Shown: positions 1 to 10,260 of the stretch, piece after piece
How the letters are laid out: each line of letters starts with the position of its first letter
Position numbering within the stretch: position 1 is the stretch's first letter
Translations under genes and position numbers: made by a program
DNA from: Sphingomonadaceae bacterium
GTDB taxonomy: Bacteria > Pseudomonadota > Alphaproteobacteria > Sphingomonadales > Sphingomonadaceae
Direction: 5' to 3'
NCBI GenBank assembly: GCA_965284665.1
Contig: OZ260108.1
Coordinates: forward strand, 1,450,588-1,514,587
DNA length: 64,000 bases
The notes under the pieces: generated by a model
The model's database searches: none
Told to the model about the DNA's origin: nothing
Seen by the model: only the letters and a program-made list of their open reading frames with translations

Positions 1-2187
1 GTGGTTGACGGGATTCTCAAGACCAACACCGCCCAGCTGAACCAGGTCCAGGGCACGCTGCGCCAGGTCGAAATCCTGAAAGGTCCGCAGGGCGCGCTCT
101 ATGGCCGCAACGCTGCGGCCGGCGCGATCGTGCTGCAGACGCTGAAGCCCAAGGACGTGGTCGAGGGCGGCGCCAAGATCTCTTACGCCAACGAGAACAC
201 CTGGGATGCCTCGGCCTATATCTCGACCCCGCTGGGCGAAAGCGCCGGCCTGGTGGTGAGCGGCAGCTTCCAGCACACCGATGGCTTCTTCCGCAACATC
301 TTCCTCGGCAACAGCAAGACCGTGGATGACAAGGAATCGTTTAACGTCGACGGCCGCATGGTCGTCAAGGCGGGTGACAATACCGAGTTCGACGTGAAGG
401 TCCGTTATGCTGAATTCCACGGCGCCTCGCTGCCGTTCAACGCCGCGTTCCATCTGCCGAACTTCGCGGCGGTGAACCCGGCGTTCTACCAGGATGTCGA
501 CGCCCACGAGTTTCGCTTCTACAACAATATCCGCGCCACCAATGACCAGAAGAGCTTCGACGCCTCGATCAAGGTCGAGCACAACTTCGAGAGCATGAAG
601 CTGGTCGCCTGGGCGCTCTATTCGGACACCAATCAGGACCTGGTGGCCGATGGCACCTCGGCTGACTTTGCCCGTTACATCAGCGCGGCGCAGCCGGCGG
701 GAGCGGCAACGGTGGCATCGTGCTTCGCCACCACCGCAGCCAACACCGGATATCCGGTCAACCCGCCGGGCGGCATCGGCGCGATCCCGGTGCCGTTCAT
801 CTTCGCCCCGGCCAATGGCTCGACCTTCGGGCCATACAGCAACACCACTTGCGACGGCATCCAGTACCAGCTGCGCAACCAAAAGGACTTCAGTGCCGAA
901 GTGCGGCTGGTTTCGACCGGCGACGGTCCGGTCTCGTGGCAGCTGGGCGCCTATTACCTCAATATCGATCGCCAGACCGGCGTTAGCCTGAGCGGTGATA
1001 CGGGGGCAGGGGTGATCAAGAACCTCTACAATGGCCCGACCAGCGCGAACCCGACCTCGCTGCTGCTGGCTGACCAGTTCGACACCAATGTCTATGCCGC
1101 CTTCGGCTCGCTGGAATTCAAGCCGAACGACCAGTTCAAGGCCGGTCTGGCATTGCGCTATGATATCGAGGACCGTGCTTCCAGCTCGCTGGTGCCGACC
1201 GCGACCGATCCGTTCACCGGCGGCCCGATCAACCCCGGTCAGGCCTTTGGTCCGCTGACGCCGAAGTCCGCATCCTACAAGCAGCTCCAGCCGAAGATCA
1301 CGCTGAGCTACACCCCGTCGAGCGAGCTCAACATCTATGCCAACTGGGGTATCGGCTTCAAATCGGGCGGGTTCAACAACCAGGGTTCGTCGGCGATCAT
1401 CAACGGCAACTTCAACAACGGCGTCACCCCCGGCACGATCAACGCCAACGTCCGGATCAACGACGATTACCGCAAGGAAAAGTCGAGCGCGTTTGAAGCC
1501 GGGATTAAGGGCACGCTGCTCGACAATCGCATCACCTTCGATCTGGCAGGCTATTACACCCGCATCACCGACATGCAGTTCTTCGAATTCTTCGTCGGCA
1601 GCTTTGGCCTGCTGCGTGTGGTTTCGAACATCGACACGGTCGACGTGAAGGGTGCGGAAATCAACCTGACCGCCAAGGTGGTTGATGGGCTGAAGCTGTT
1701 CGGCTCGTTCAATGTGACCGACAGCGAGATCAAGAAGAACTCGTCGCGGCCCTACACCGTGGGCAACAAGTCGCCCTATACGGCTGACTGGACGCTCAAC
1801 GTCGGGGCGGACATCAAGGTGCCGGTCACCGACAGTCTGCGGATCACCGGCCGCGCCGATTACCGCCTGACCGGTCCGACCTGGTTCCACACCGTGCAGG
1901 ATCAGGAACGCCCGACCCTGTTCAGCGGCCTGCTGCCGATCTCGGCGCTGGCGCTGCCGCCCGTGGTCGGCAACGCCCGCTACGACGTGGCCCAGCGTGA
2001 CAAGTTCGGCGTGTTCAATGCCCGCCTGGGCCTTGAAACCGATCGCTACCACCTGGTCGCTTTTGCTGAGAACCTGTTCAACAAGAAGTACATCGCCGAA
2101 GCGATCCCCGCGATCGAGTTTGGCGGCTCGTTCATCTCGCCGGGCGGGCGCCGCCTGATCGGTGTCGAAGCGGGCATGAAGTTCTAA
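1..2187 (+). CDS. TonB-dependent receptor (5' end outside window)
   Basis: Plug motif VEILKGPQGALYGRNAAAGAI at the ORF start, beta-barrel-type repeats, C-terminal GMKF; the ORF begins mid-plug at base 1. Confidence 0.93.
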   Translation: MVDGILKTNTAQLNQVQGTLRQVEILKGPQGALYGRNAAAGAIVLQTLKPKDVVEGGAKISYANENTWDASAYISTPLGESAGLVVSGSFQHTDGFFRNIFLGNSKTVDDKESFNVDGRMVVKAGDNTEFDVKVRYAEFHGASLPFNAAFHLPNFAAVNPAFYQDVDAHEFRFYNNIRATNDQKSFDASIKVEHNFESMKLVAWALYSDTNQDLVADGTSADFARYISAAQPAGAATVASCFATTAANTGYPVNPPGGIGAIPVPFIFAPANGSTFGPYSNTTCDGIQYQLRNQKDFSAEVRLVSTGDGPVSWQLGAYYLNIDRQTGVSLSGDTGAGVIKNLYNGPTSANPTSLLLADQFDTNVYAAFGSLEFKPNDQFKAGLALRYDIEDRASSSLVPTATDPFTGGPINPGQAFGPLTPKSASYKQLQPKITLSYTPSSELNIYANWGIGFKSGGFNNQGSSAIINGNFNNGVTPGTINANVRINDDYRKEKSSAFEAGIKGTLLDNRITFDLAGYYTRITDMQFFEFFVGSFGLLRVVSNIDTVDVKGAEINLTAKVVDGLKLFGSFNVTDSEIKKNSSRPYTVGNKSPYTADWTLNVGADIKVPVTDSLRITGRADYRLTGPTWFHTVQDQERPTLFSGLLPISALALPPVVGNARYDVAQRDKFGVFNARLGLETDRYHLVAFAENLFNKKYIAEAIPAIEFGGSFISPGGRRLIGVEAGMKF

Positions 2188-2197
2188 GACCGCGATT

Positions 2198-2227
2198 GGC
2201 GGCCAGTGGCAGCAGCCATTGGCCGCC
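2198..2227 (+). terminator. Stem-loop after the TonB receptor (terminator-like, no U-tract)
   Basis: GGCGGCCAGTGG-cagcag-CCATTGGCCGCC, 12-bp stem with one G-U pair. Confidence 0.5.
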
Positions 2228-2252
2228 TGTCGATCATAAGGCGAAAGACCGG

Positions 2253-2267
2253 GTTGCATATTGCAAC
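2253..2267. promoter_or_regulatory. Palindromic operator candidate upstream of the RND operon
   Basis: GTTGCA-TAT-TGCAAC perfect inverted repeat ~10 bp before ATG 2278. Confidence 0.5.
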
Positions 2268-2277
2268 TCAATCAGCC

Positions 2278-3339
2278 ATGTCGCGGCAAATGCCTAACAA
2301 ATCGCGCCTTTTCATAGCTCCGCTGATTGCCCTGCTGGCGGCTTGCGGGGCTGAGCAAGTGCCAGAAAAGCCGGCGGATGTTGCCCTGCGGGTCAGTGTC
2401 GCCGTGGTTGGCCAGGAACTGGGCTCACCTTCGATCGAAGCTGCTGGTACCGCTGCGCTGCGCAAGGAAATCCCGCTGGGATTCACCACGCCCGGCCAAG
2501 TCGCGCGGATTTTGGTGCAGGAGGGGGACCGGGTCAGGCGCGGGCAACTGCTGGCCGTGCTCGATACCACCAGCGTTGGGGCCTCGCTTGAGGCGGCCGA
2601 TGCCGAACGCGATCGCGCCGCAGCTGAACTGGGGCGCCTCAAGCAACTCTATGCCCAGGGCTGGATCACCAAGGCGCGGCTTGAAGCGGCCGAGGCAGCC
2701 GCGCGCAGCGCCACCGCCAACCTTGCCGCGCGCCGGTTCTCGCTCGACACCGCGCGCGTTGTGGCCCCGGCCGATGGCATCATCCTGACCCGCGGCGCTG
2801 AGCCGGGGCAGATCGTCGATGCCGGTTCTCCGATTATCACGCTGGGCGATGCCGGCAGCGGTTTTGTCCTGCGCGTGCTGCTGGCAGATCGCGATGCCGT
2901 GCGCCTGCGGGCTGGGATCCCGGCCGAAGTACGCTTTGATGCCCTGCCGGGCGCTGTGCTGGCGGGGCAAGTGATCGAGGTTGGCGGGCGCTCCGATCGC
3001 GGCAGCGGTGCCTTTACCGCCGAAATCGCGCTAGCTCCCGACCAGCGGCTGCGTTCGGGCCTGGTCGGCCGTGCCAGAATCCTCGCCCCGGCAGCCGGTG
3101 GATCAACCCGTCTGGTCATCCCGCCGACCGCGATTTTTGCGGCCCGGGCCGATGAAGGCTTTGTCTTCGTCGTCGATGCCCAGCGCCGGGTGAAGGCCCG
3201 CAGCGTGACGCTTGGCCAGTTGTCCCCCGCGGGGGCGGAGATCCTCTCCGGCCTCAACCGGGGAGAGACCGTGGTCACTTCCGCGCTTGACCGGCTCCGC
3301 GACGGGGCGAAGGTCGACCCGGTTGGTACCCAGCCCTGA
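2278..3339 (+). CDS. RND efflux periplasmic adaptor (membrane fusion) lipoprotein
   Basis: Lipobox LAAC; lipoyl-like G-x-V-x-x-I-x-V-x-EGD-x-V-x-x-GQLLA; coiled coil; adjacent to the AcrB-family gene. Start 2278 or 2290. Confidence 0.92.
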   Translation: MSRQMPNKSRLFIAPLIALLAACGAEQVPEKPADVALRVSVAVVGQELGSPSIEAAGTAALRKEIPLGFTTPGQVARILVQEGDRVRRGQLLAVLDTTSVGASLEAADAERDRAAAELGRLKQLYAQGWITKARLEAAEAAARSATANLAARRFSLDTARVVAPADGIILTRGAEPGQIVDAGSPIITLGDAGSGFVLRVLLADRDAVRLRAGIPAEVRFDALPGAVLAGQVIEVGGRSDRGSGAFTAEIALAPDQRLRSGLVGRARILAPAAGGSTRLVIPPTAIFAARADEGFVFVVDAQRRVKARSVTLGQLSPAGAEILSGLNRGETVVTSALDRLRDGAKVDPVGTQP

Positions 3340-6300
3340 TGGGTTTGGTCTCGATCGCCGTCCGCCGCTGGCAGGTGACCTTTGTCACCTTCCTGTTGCT
3401 GGCGCTGCTCGGCTACAACGCGTTTCGTCAGATTCCCCGCGCGGTCGATCCCTATTTCCCGATCCCCGCAACGCTCGCCATTGTCACCCTGCCAGGGGCT
3501 GATGCGGCCGAGATCGAGGAGACAGTAGCCAAGCCGATCGAGCGCGCGTTGCAAGGGCTCGACAATGTGCGCGACATTCGCTCGACCTCCAGCGACGGTG
3601 TCGCCAACGTCCAGGTTTCGTTCGATTACGGCACCGATGCCGAACAGGCGCTCGACCGTACCGTGCGCGAGGTCAATGCACTGCGCCCGCAATTGCCCAG
3701 CGGCATAACGCGGTTCGACATCCGCCGGCCGCGCACCACCGAGGCGGCGATTTCCCAGATTGCGCTGGTGAGCGAGACCGCTTCATGGCGGCGGATGGAA
3801 AAGTATTCCGAGGATCTGCGCGACCGGCTCTCCGTATTGCGCGGGGTGCGCAACACACAGCTTTACGGGCTGGCTTCGCCCGAAGTGCGCGTGGCGCTTG
3901 ATCCGGCGCGACTGGCCGAGCGCAAACTGGCGCCAGCGGCGGTAGCCAATGCGATATCGCAGGGCGGGGCGGACGTGCCGGCCGGGGCGGTGGCATCGGG
4001 CAATCGCCGCTTCAATGTCCAGGCGGGCGGCGCTTTTCGCAGTCTGGAAGCGATCCGCGCGATCCCGCTGCGCGGCGGCGACGGGCAATTGCTGACCGTA
4101 GGCGACGTGGCCGCGGTCGATTGGGCGGAGGCTGAACGCCAGCACATCACCCGGCTGAACGGCCAGCGCGCGGTCTTCATCGGCGTGCGGCAAAAGGATG
4201 CGACCGATACCCTGGCACTGCGGGATTCGCTGCGCCAGGTGAAGGAGAAGTTTGCCGGCCAGTTGCCGCCCGACATCAAGCTGGTCACCGTCTTCGACCA
4301 GAGCAATGATATCGAGCGCAAACTCAATCAGCTCGCCAAGGATTTCATGATTGCCCTGGCGCTGGTGCTGATCACGCTTTTGCCGCTGGGACCGCGCGCT
4401 TCGCTGGTGGTGATGCTGTCGATCCCAACCTCATTGGCAATCGGCCTTACCGGGCTTGATATTCTGGGCTTCTCGCTCAACCAGCTGACCGTTTCGGGCT
4501 TCATCGTCGCGCTGGGTCTGCTGGTCGACGATTCGATCGTGGTGACCGAGAATATCGAACGCCACATCCGCATGGGTGAAGACCGGATCACGGCCGCGAT
4601 TCAGGGCACCAAGGAAATCACCATGGCGGTGATGGGCTCCACCGGGGTGCTGATCTTTGCCTTCCTGCCGCTGGCCAACCTGCCTGAGACCGCCGGCGAT
4701 TTTACCCGCAGCCTGCCGATGGCGGTGCTGTTAACGGTGGGTGCCTCATTGCTGGTCTCGCTGACGCTGGTCCCCTTTGCGGCGAGCCGGATCCTGCCGC
4801 CGCATGAAACCCACGGCGGCAACCGGTTCCTGCGCTGGGTGACCGAGCGGATCGAGCACTGGTACCGTCCCGCCTTGCATTGGAGCCTGGCCAACCCGCA
4901 CAAGACCGTATGGGGCGCGATGGCGGCCTGTGTGCTGATGTTCTTCACGATCCCGTGGATCGGCTTCAGCCTGTTCCCCAAGGCCGATGTGCCCTATTTC
5001 CTGGTCAGGATCGAAGCCCCGGAAGGTGCCAGCATCGTCGCCACTGACAAGGCGGTGCGCGATATTGCGGCGATCATGGCGAAGAAGCCCGAAGTGCTGG
5101 ACGTGATGGAGAACACCGGGCGTTCCAACCCGCAGATTTACTACAATGCGATCCCGCGTGAGTCCGATGCCCGGTTCGGGGAACTGTTCGTCACGCTGAA
5201 AACCTTTTCGCCCGAGGATACGCCCGCGCTGGTCGAGAAGCTGCGCCAGGAGCTGGAGAAGTATCCCGCAGCGCGCGTTACTGTTGAGCAGTTCGAGCAG
5301 GGGCCACCAGTCGATGCGCCAATCGCGATCCGGATCAGCGGGCCCGAGCTTGACGTGCTGAAGCGGCTTTCGGCCGAATTTGCCCAAACTGTCCGCAAGA
5401 CCGAGGGCACCCGCGACGTGGTCGATCCGCTGGCGATTGACCGGATCGATCTCGATCTGTCGGTCGATCCCGCCAAGGCAGGTCTGCTTAACGTGGCACC
5501 CGATGCTGTCCGCCGGACCCTGCGGCTGGCAATCTCGGGCGAACGAGCCAGCAACCTGCGCGATGCAGAGGGCGATTCCTATCCGGTGGTAGTGCGGATG
5601 CCATTCGAGCAGGAAGTGCCGATCACGGTGCTTGATCAGATCTATGTCAGCTCGCTGTCAGGTGCAGCGATTCCCTTGGCGCAATTGACTGTGCCAAAGC
5701 TGCAATCGGTCCCGTCTTCGATCAACCGATACAAGTTCGAACGTTCAGTGACGGTAACCTCATACGTTCAACAGGGCTTCCTCGCCTCAAAGGTCAACGA
5801 GGACGCCGTAGCGCGGGTTCGCAAGATACCGTTGCCGCCGGGCTATTCGATCAGTATCGGCGGCCAGGCCGAGATATCCGAGCGCAACCGCAGCGGGATC
5901 GGCGGGATCGCCCTGCTGGCGGTGTTCGGGATCCTGTCGGTGCTTGTGCTGGAATTCGGTCGCTTTCGCGAGGTCACCGTGGTGGCTGGCGTGGTTCCGC
6001 TGGGCCTGTTCGGCGGGCTGTGGGCGCTGATCCTGACCGGCAACTCGATGTCCTATCTGGCCACCATCGGGTTCATTGCGTTGATCGGAATCGAGATCAA
6101 GAATTCGATCCTGCTGGTCGATTTCACCACCCAGCTACGCCAGCAGGGGATGGAACTGATGGAGGCGATCGAGCGCGCAGGCGAAATCCGCTTTCTGCCG
6201 GTGCTGCTGACTTCGGTCACGGCGATCGGCGGGCTGCTTCCGCTGGCGCTGTCAGGCTCGCCGCTCTATGCGCCGCTGGCCTGGGTGATCATCGGCGGGC

Positions 6301-6386
6301 TGGTCTCTTCGACCCTGCTCAGCCGGATCGTCATTCCGGCGATGTACCTGCTACTGGTACGCGGCGCACCGCCACCGGAGAGCTGA
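3339..6386 (+). CDS. RND efflux permease, AcrB/AcrD/AcrF family
   Basis: 1015 aa; motifs GLLVDDSIVVTENI, KNSILLVDF, RFLPVLLTS; two TM bundles with large periplasmic loops. Confidence 0.95.
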   Translation: MGLVSIAVRRWQVTFVTFLLLALLGYNAFRQIPRAVDPYFPIPATLAIVTLPGADAAEIEETVAKPIERALQGLDNVRDIRSTSSDGVANVQVSFDYGTDAEQALDRTVREVNALRPQLPSGITRFDIRRPRTTEAAISQIALVSETASWRRMEKYSEDLRDRLSVLRGVRNTQLYGLASPEVRVALDPARLAERKLAPAAVANAISQGGADVPAGAVASGNRRFNVQAGGAFRSLEAIRAIPLRGGDGQLLTVGDVAAVDWAEAERQHITRLNGQRAVFIGVRQKDATDTLALRDSLRQVKEKFAGQLPPDIKLVTVFDQSNDIERKLNQLAKDFMIALALVLITLLPLGPRASLVVMLSIPTSLAIGLTGLDILGFSLNQLTVSGFIVALGLLVDDSIVVTENIERHIRMGEDRITAAIQGTKEITMAVMGSTGVLIFAFLPLANLPETAGDFTRSLPMAVLLTVGASLLVSLTLVPFAASRILPPHETHGGNRFLRWVTERIEHWYRPALHWSLANPHKTVWGAMAACVLMFFTIPWIGFSLFPKADVPYFLVRIEAPEGASIVATDKAVRDIAAIMAKKPEVLDVMENTGRSNPQIYYNAIPRESDARFGELFVTLKTFSPEDTPALVEKLRQELEKYPAARVTVEQFEQGPPVDAPIAIRISGPELDVLKRLSAEFAQTVRKTEGTRDVVDPLAIDRIDLDLSVDPAKAGLLNVAPDAVRRTLRLAISGERASNLRDAEGDSYPVVVRMPFEQEVPITVLDQIYVSSLSGAAIPLAQLTVPKLQSVPSSINRYKFERSVTVTSYVQQGFLASKVNEDAVARVRKIPLPPGYSISIGGQAEISERNRSGIGGIALLAVFGILSVLVLEFGRFREVTVVAGVVPLGLFGGLWALILTGNSMSYLATIGFIALIGIEIKNSILLVDFTTQLRQQGMELMEAIERAGEIRFLPVLLTSVTAIGGLLPLALSGSPLYAPLAWVIIGGLVSSTLLSRIVIPAMYLLLVRGAPPPES

Positions 6387-6429
6387 GCGGAGGCCTTACG
6401 GCAGTTTGTCCATCTGGCGGATGAATTGC

Positions 6430-6458
6430 TTGACTTTGAAGTTGTCCGGACAAATCAT
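6430..6458 (+). promoter_or_regulatory. sigma70-like promoter with palindromic GntR/HutC-type operator TTGTCCGGACAA (6442-6453)
   Basis: TTGACT at 6430-6435; perfect 12-bp palindrome between the -35 and the putative -10; same core recurs at 12167 and 24132. Confidence 0.65.
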
Positions 6459-6505
6459 CCGTGCCAAGGCGGTCGCCACAAGCCCGTCAGGAGCACTCCG
6501 TTCGC

Positions 6506-7318
6506 ATGTTTGCCGCCAATTCCTTCCTGTTCGTGCCTGGCTCGCGGCCTGACCGGTTCGCGAAGGCGCATGGCAGCGGGGCAGGGCTGACGGTGATCGA
6601 CCTGGAAGATGCGGTTCCCGCTGAAGAGAAGGCTGCCGCGCGCAACAACGCGCTCGCGCAGGTCGCCAGCGGCGAGGCGGGCTGGGCGATCCGCATCAAT
6701 GGCCTGGCGACTGCCGCCGGAATTGCCGATCTGGCCGCACTGATCGAGGCCGAACATCTGCCGCCGTTCCTGTTCGTGCCGATGGTCGAAAGCGCGGTGG
6801 AGATCGAGTTCATTGCCCGCGCGCTGGGTGAACCTTGCCCCGAGCTGATCCCGCTGATCGAAACGCCCAAGGGCCTGCGCCAGGCGGTTGCCATCGCTTC
6901 CGCGCCCATGGTCGGCGGCGTGATGTTCGGCGGCGGAGATTTTTCAGGCGAGCTGGGCGTGGCACTGGCCTGGGAGCCGCTGCTCGCCGCGCGCCAGGCA
7001 CTGGTCCTGGCCTGCGCCGAGGCGCGGGTGCCGGCGATCGACGTGCCGTGGATCAGTTTGGATGACGAAACCGGCCTTGCCGACGAGTGCGCCAAGGCCA
7101 AGGCACTGGGCTTTGCTGCCAAGGCTGCGATCCACCCCAGCCAGGTGGCGGCAATCGAAGCCGCCTTTACCCCGACCGCGGCAGAAGTTGCCGAGGCCGA
7201 GGCGGCGCTCGCTGCCTATGAGGCGGCCGGGGGCAAGGTAATCCGTTTCAAGGGCAAGATGCTGGAAGCACCGCTGGTCAAGCGTTACCAGGCCGTGCTC
7301 AGCCGGAAAGGGAACTGA
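6506..7318 (+). CDS. CitE/HpcH-family CoA-ester C-C lyase (citramalyl/malyl-CoA lyase-like, RipC-like)
   Basis: LFVPGSRPDRF, IDLEDAV, IRING, LIET, FGGGD, KAAIHPSQV motifs; RBS AGGAG before ATG 6506. Confidence 0.9.
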   Translation: MFAANSFLFVPGSRPDRFAKAHGSGAGLTVIDLEDAVPAEEKAAARNNALAQVASGEAGWAIRINGLATAAGIADLAALIEAEHLPPFLFVPMVESAVEIEFIARALGEPCPELIPLIETPKGLRQAVAIASAPMVGGVMFGGGDFSGELGVALAWEPLLAARQALVLACAEARVPAIDVPWISLDDETGLADECAKAKALGFAAKAAIHPSQVAAIEAAFTPTAAEVAEAEAALAAYEAAGGKVIRFKGKMLEAPLVKRYQAVLSRKGN

Positions 7319-7320
7319 CA

Positions 7321-7830
7321 ATGCGTGATGGGGCTATCGAAGTCGCACCGGGCCGCTACCGCGAGACCTTTGGTCGCTATTTCGAGGATTTCAACGTCGG
7401 CGACATCTATGAGCATCGCCCGGGCCGCACGATCAGCGAGACTGACAACACCTGGTTCAGCCTGCTGACGATGAACCAGCATCCGGCGCACTGCGATGCC
7501 GAATATGCCAGCAAGACCGAATTCGGAAAGTGCCTCGTCGCCTCGCCGCTGACCGTGGCGATCATGACCGGTCAGTCCGTGTCGGACGTCAGTCAGAAGG
7601 CGGTCGCCAACCTGGGCTGGAAGGAAATCCGGCTGCTGAAGCCGGTCTTTGCCGGGGATACGATCTATTCGGAAACCGAAGTGCTGGAAAAGCGCGAGTC
7701 CGACAAGCGCCCGCAGCAGGGCATCGTGACGATCAAGACCGTGGGCAAGAACCAGCACGGCGATGTCGTCTGCGATTTCGTGCGGATCATGCTGATCTGG
7801 AAGCGCGGCTTCGGGCCTGGTGACGACTAG
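7321..7830 (+). CDS. MaoC-family (R)-enoyl-CoA hydratase/dehydratase (RipB/Ich-like)
   Basis: YFEDFNVGDIYEHRPGRTISETDN, MNQHPAH, PVFAGDT hot-dog fold motifs. Confidence 0.88.
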   Translation: MRDGAIEVAPGRYRETFGRYFEDFNVGDIYEHRPGRTISETDNTWFSLLTMNQHPAHCDAEYASKTEFGKCLVASPLTVAIMTGQSVSDVSQKAVANLGWKEIRLLKPVFAGDTIYSETEVLEKRESDKRPQQGIVTIKTVGKNQHGDVVCDFVRIMLIWKRGFGPGDD

Positions 7831-7853
7831 GGCGACGACTAAGGAGAATACCG

Positions 7854-9041
7854 ATGGCAACCGCCGTGGACATGATGAGCGATCAGGGCCGCACGATCGA
7901 TCCGGCCGAGGAAGAAGCCTTCCTCGATGCGATCGACCGCTGGATCGAGCGTTCGGTCAAGCCGGTGATCCTGCATCACGACCATAACGATATCTGGCCC
8001 GAGCAACTGGTGCACGAGATGGTCGAAATGGGCCTGTTCGGCGCGACCATCGGCCAGGAATTCGGCGGCCTCGGCCTGCCGGCCACGACCTATGCCAAGA
8101 TCGTCATGCGGATCAGCTCCTACTGGATGGCGCTGACCGGCATCTTCAATTCGCACCTGATCATGGCGGCGGCGGTCGAACGCTTTGGCACAACGGCGCA
8201 GAAGGCCAAGTGGCTGCCCAAGTTCGCCAACGGCGAGATCCGCGGCGGCCTGGCCCTGACCGAACCCAATGCCGGGACCGATCTTCAGGCGATCCGCACC
8301 GTCGCCCGCCGCGATGGCGATCACTATGTCATCAACGGCACCAAGACCTGGATCTCCAACGCGCTCAACGGCTCCTGCTTTGCGCTTCTGGTCAAGACCG
8401 ATCCCGATGCCAATCCGCGCTACAAGGGGATGAGCCTGTTCATCGCCGACAAGCGCGAAGGCTTCACCACCGGCAAGAAGTTCGACAAGCTTGGCTACAA
8501 GTCGATCGACAGCGCCGAGCTGATCTTCGAGGACTATCGCATCCCGGCCGACCAGCTGATCGGCGGCGTCGAAGGGCAGGGCTTCTTCCAGGCCACCGGC
8601 GGGCTGGAACTGGGCCGGATCAACGTTGCGGCGCGCGGGGTCGGCCTGTCGGAAGGTTCGCTGCGGCTCGCCACCGAATATGCCCAGCAGCGCCAGACCA
8701 TGGGCAAGCCGATTTCGGAGCACCAGGCGATCCAGCTCAAGATCGGCGAAATGGTTACCCGCGCCCGCGCTGCCCGATTGCTCACGCTCGATGCTGCCGT
8801 GGCCTATGACAAGGGTGAGCGCTGCGACCTTGAAGCCGGCATGGCCAAGTACTTCGCCAGCGAGGCGGCCGTGGCCAACAGCCAGGAAGCCATGCGGATC
8901 TATGGCGGCTACTCCTATTCGAAGGAGTATGACATCGAACGCTTCTACCGCGATTCCATGCTGATGTGCATCGGTGAGGGCACCAACGAGATGCAGCGAA
9001 TGATCATCTCCAAGCAGTGGGTCAAACGGAACCCGGCGTGA
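7854..9041 (+). CDS. Acyl-CoA dehydrogenase
   Basis: ALTEPNAGTD, NGTKTWISN, KLGYK, IYGGYSY, IGEGTNEMQR (catalytic Glu). Confidence 0.95.
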   Translation: MATAVDMMSDQGRTIDPAEEEAFLDAIDRWIERSVKPVILHHDHNDIWPEQLVHEMVEMGLFGATIGQEFGGLGLPATTYAKIVMRISSYWMALTGIFNSHLIMAAAVERFGTTAQKAKWLPKFANGEIRGGLALTEPNAGTDLQAIRTVARRDGDHYVINGTKTWISNALNGSCFALLVKTDPDANPRYKGMSLFIADKREGFTTGKKFDKLGYKSIDSAELIFEDYRIPADQLIGGVEGQGFFQATGGLELGRINVAARGVGLSEGSLRLATEYAQQRQTMGKPISEHQAIQLKIGEMVTRARAARLLTLDAAVAYDKGERCDLEAGMAKYFASEAAVANSQEAMRIYGGYSYSKEYDIERFYRDSMLMCIGEGTNEMQRMIISKQWVKRNPA

Positions 9042-10249
9042 GCGAGCTGCACCTTCCCCTCTCGGGCTTCCGCGTCATCAGCGCCGAACAATACGGCGCG
9101 GGCCCCTATGGCACGATGTTCCTGGCCCAGCTGGGTGCCGAGGTGATCAAGATCGAGCCGCCGCAAAAGGACGGGAAGGGCGGCGGCGATACCGCGCGCG
9201 GCGTTGGGCCGCATTTCACGCGGCCGGGGGAAAGCGTCTATTTCCACGCCTTCAACCTCAACAAGCGCTCGCTCACCCTCGATCTCAATGCGCCCGAAGG
9301 ACAGGCAATCCTCCGCGATCTGGCCGCGACCAGCCATGCCGTCGTCAACAACCTGCGCGGCGATCTGCCGGCCAAGCTGGGCGTGACCTATAACGCCTTG
9401 AAGGACGTCAACCCGGCGATTGTCTGCGCGCACCTGTCGGCCTATGGGCGCGACAACGCGCGGGCCAAGTGGCCGGGTTATGACTACCTGATGCAGGCCG
9501 AGGCGGGCTTTTGCGCGCTGACCGGCGACCCCGACGGTGAGCCGCAGCGGATGGGGCTCTCGATGGTCGATTTCATGACCGGCACGATCATGGCGATTGG
9601 CCTGCTGGCGGCGCTGATCGATGCCCAGCGCAGCGGGCAGGGGCGCGATGTCGATACCGACCTGCTCTCCGCCGCCGTGCACCAGACCAGCTATCCGGCG
9701 TTGTGGTACATGAACAACGGCGACGTCACCGGCCGCACCCCGCGTTCGGCCCATCCCAGCGCCACCCCCAGCCAGATGGTCAAGGCGGCGGATGGCTGGA
9801 TGTTCGTGATGTGCCAGTTGCCCAAGTTCTGGGACATCATGGTCGAACGGATCGGCCACCCTGAACTGGGCCAGGATCCGCGCTTCAAGACCAACCCCGA
9901 TCGGCTGGCCAACCGCGCCGCGCTGACCGAAGTGCTCGATGGCATCTTCTCGCGCCAGCCGATGGCGCATTGGCAGGCGCTGCTGGAGGGCCACGTGCCG
10001 GTAGCGCCGGTCTACCAGCTGGATCAGGCGCTCGATAACCCGTGGCTGCGGACGATCGGCATGCGTGACAGCGTGGCCCATCCCGACAATCCCGATTTCC
10101 AGGTCCTTGCCAGCCCGATCAAGCTTGATGGCCAGCGCCTGCCCAACCGCGCCGGGCCGCTGCTGGGGGCAGACTCCGCCGCTATCCTGGCCGAGCTTGG
10201 CTATGGCGAGGATGACTTTGCCCGGCTACGCTCCGCCGGCGTGGTCTGA
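9038..10249 (+). CDS. CoA-transferase family III (CaiB/BaiF)
   Basis: AGPYGTMFLAQLGAEVIKIE, NLNKRSLTLDL, GYDYLMQAEAG, VDFMTG; GTGA overlap with the ACAD stop. Confidence 0.93.
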   Translation: MSELHLPLSGFRVISAEQYGAGPYGTMFLAQLGAEVIKIEPPQKDGKGGGDTARGVGPHFTRPGESVYFHAFNLNKRSLTLDLNAPEGQAILRDLAATSHAVVNNLRGDLPAKLGVTYNALKDVNPAIVCAHLSAYGRDNARAKWPGYDYLMQAEAGFCALTGDPDGEPQRMGLSMVDFMTGTIMAIGLLAALIDAQRSGQGRDVDTDLLSAAVHQTSYPALWYMNNGDVTGRTPRSAHPSATPSQMVKAADGWMFVMCQLPKFWDIMVERIGHPELGQDPRFKTNPDRLANRAALTEVLDGIFSRQPMAHWQALLEGHVPVAPVYQLDQALDNPWLRTIGMRDSVAHPDNPDFQVLASPIKLDGQRLPNRAGPLLGADSAAILAELGYGEDDFARLRSAGVV

Positions 10250-10260
10250 CCGAGGGGGCG

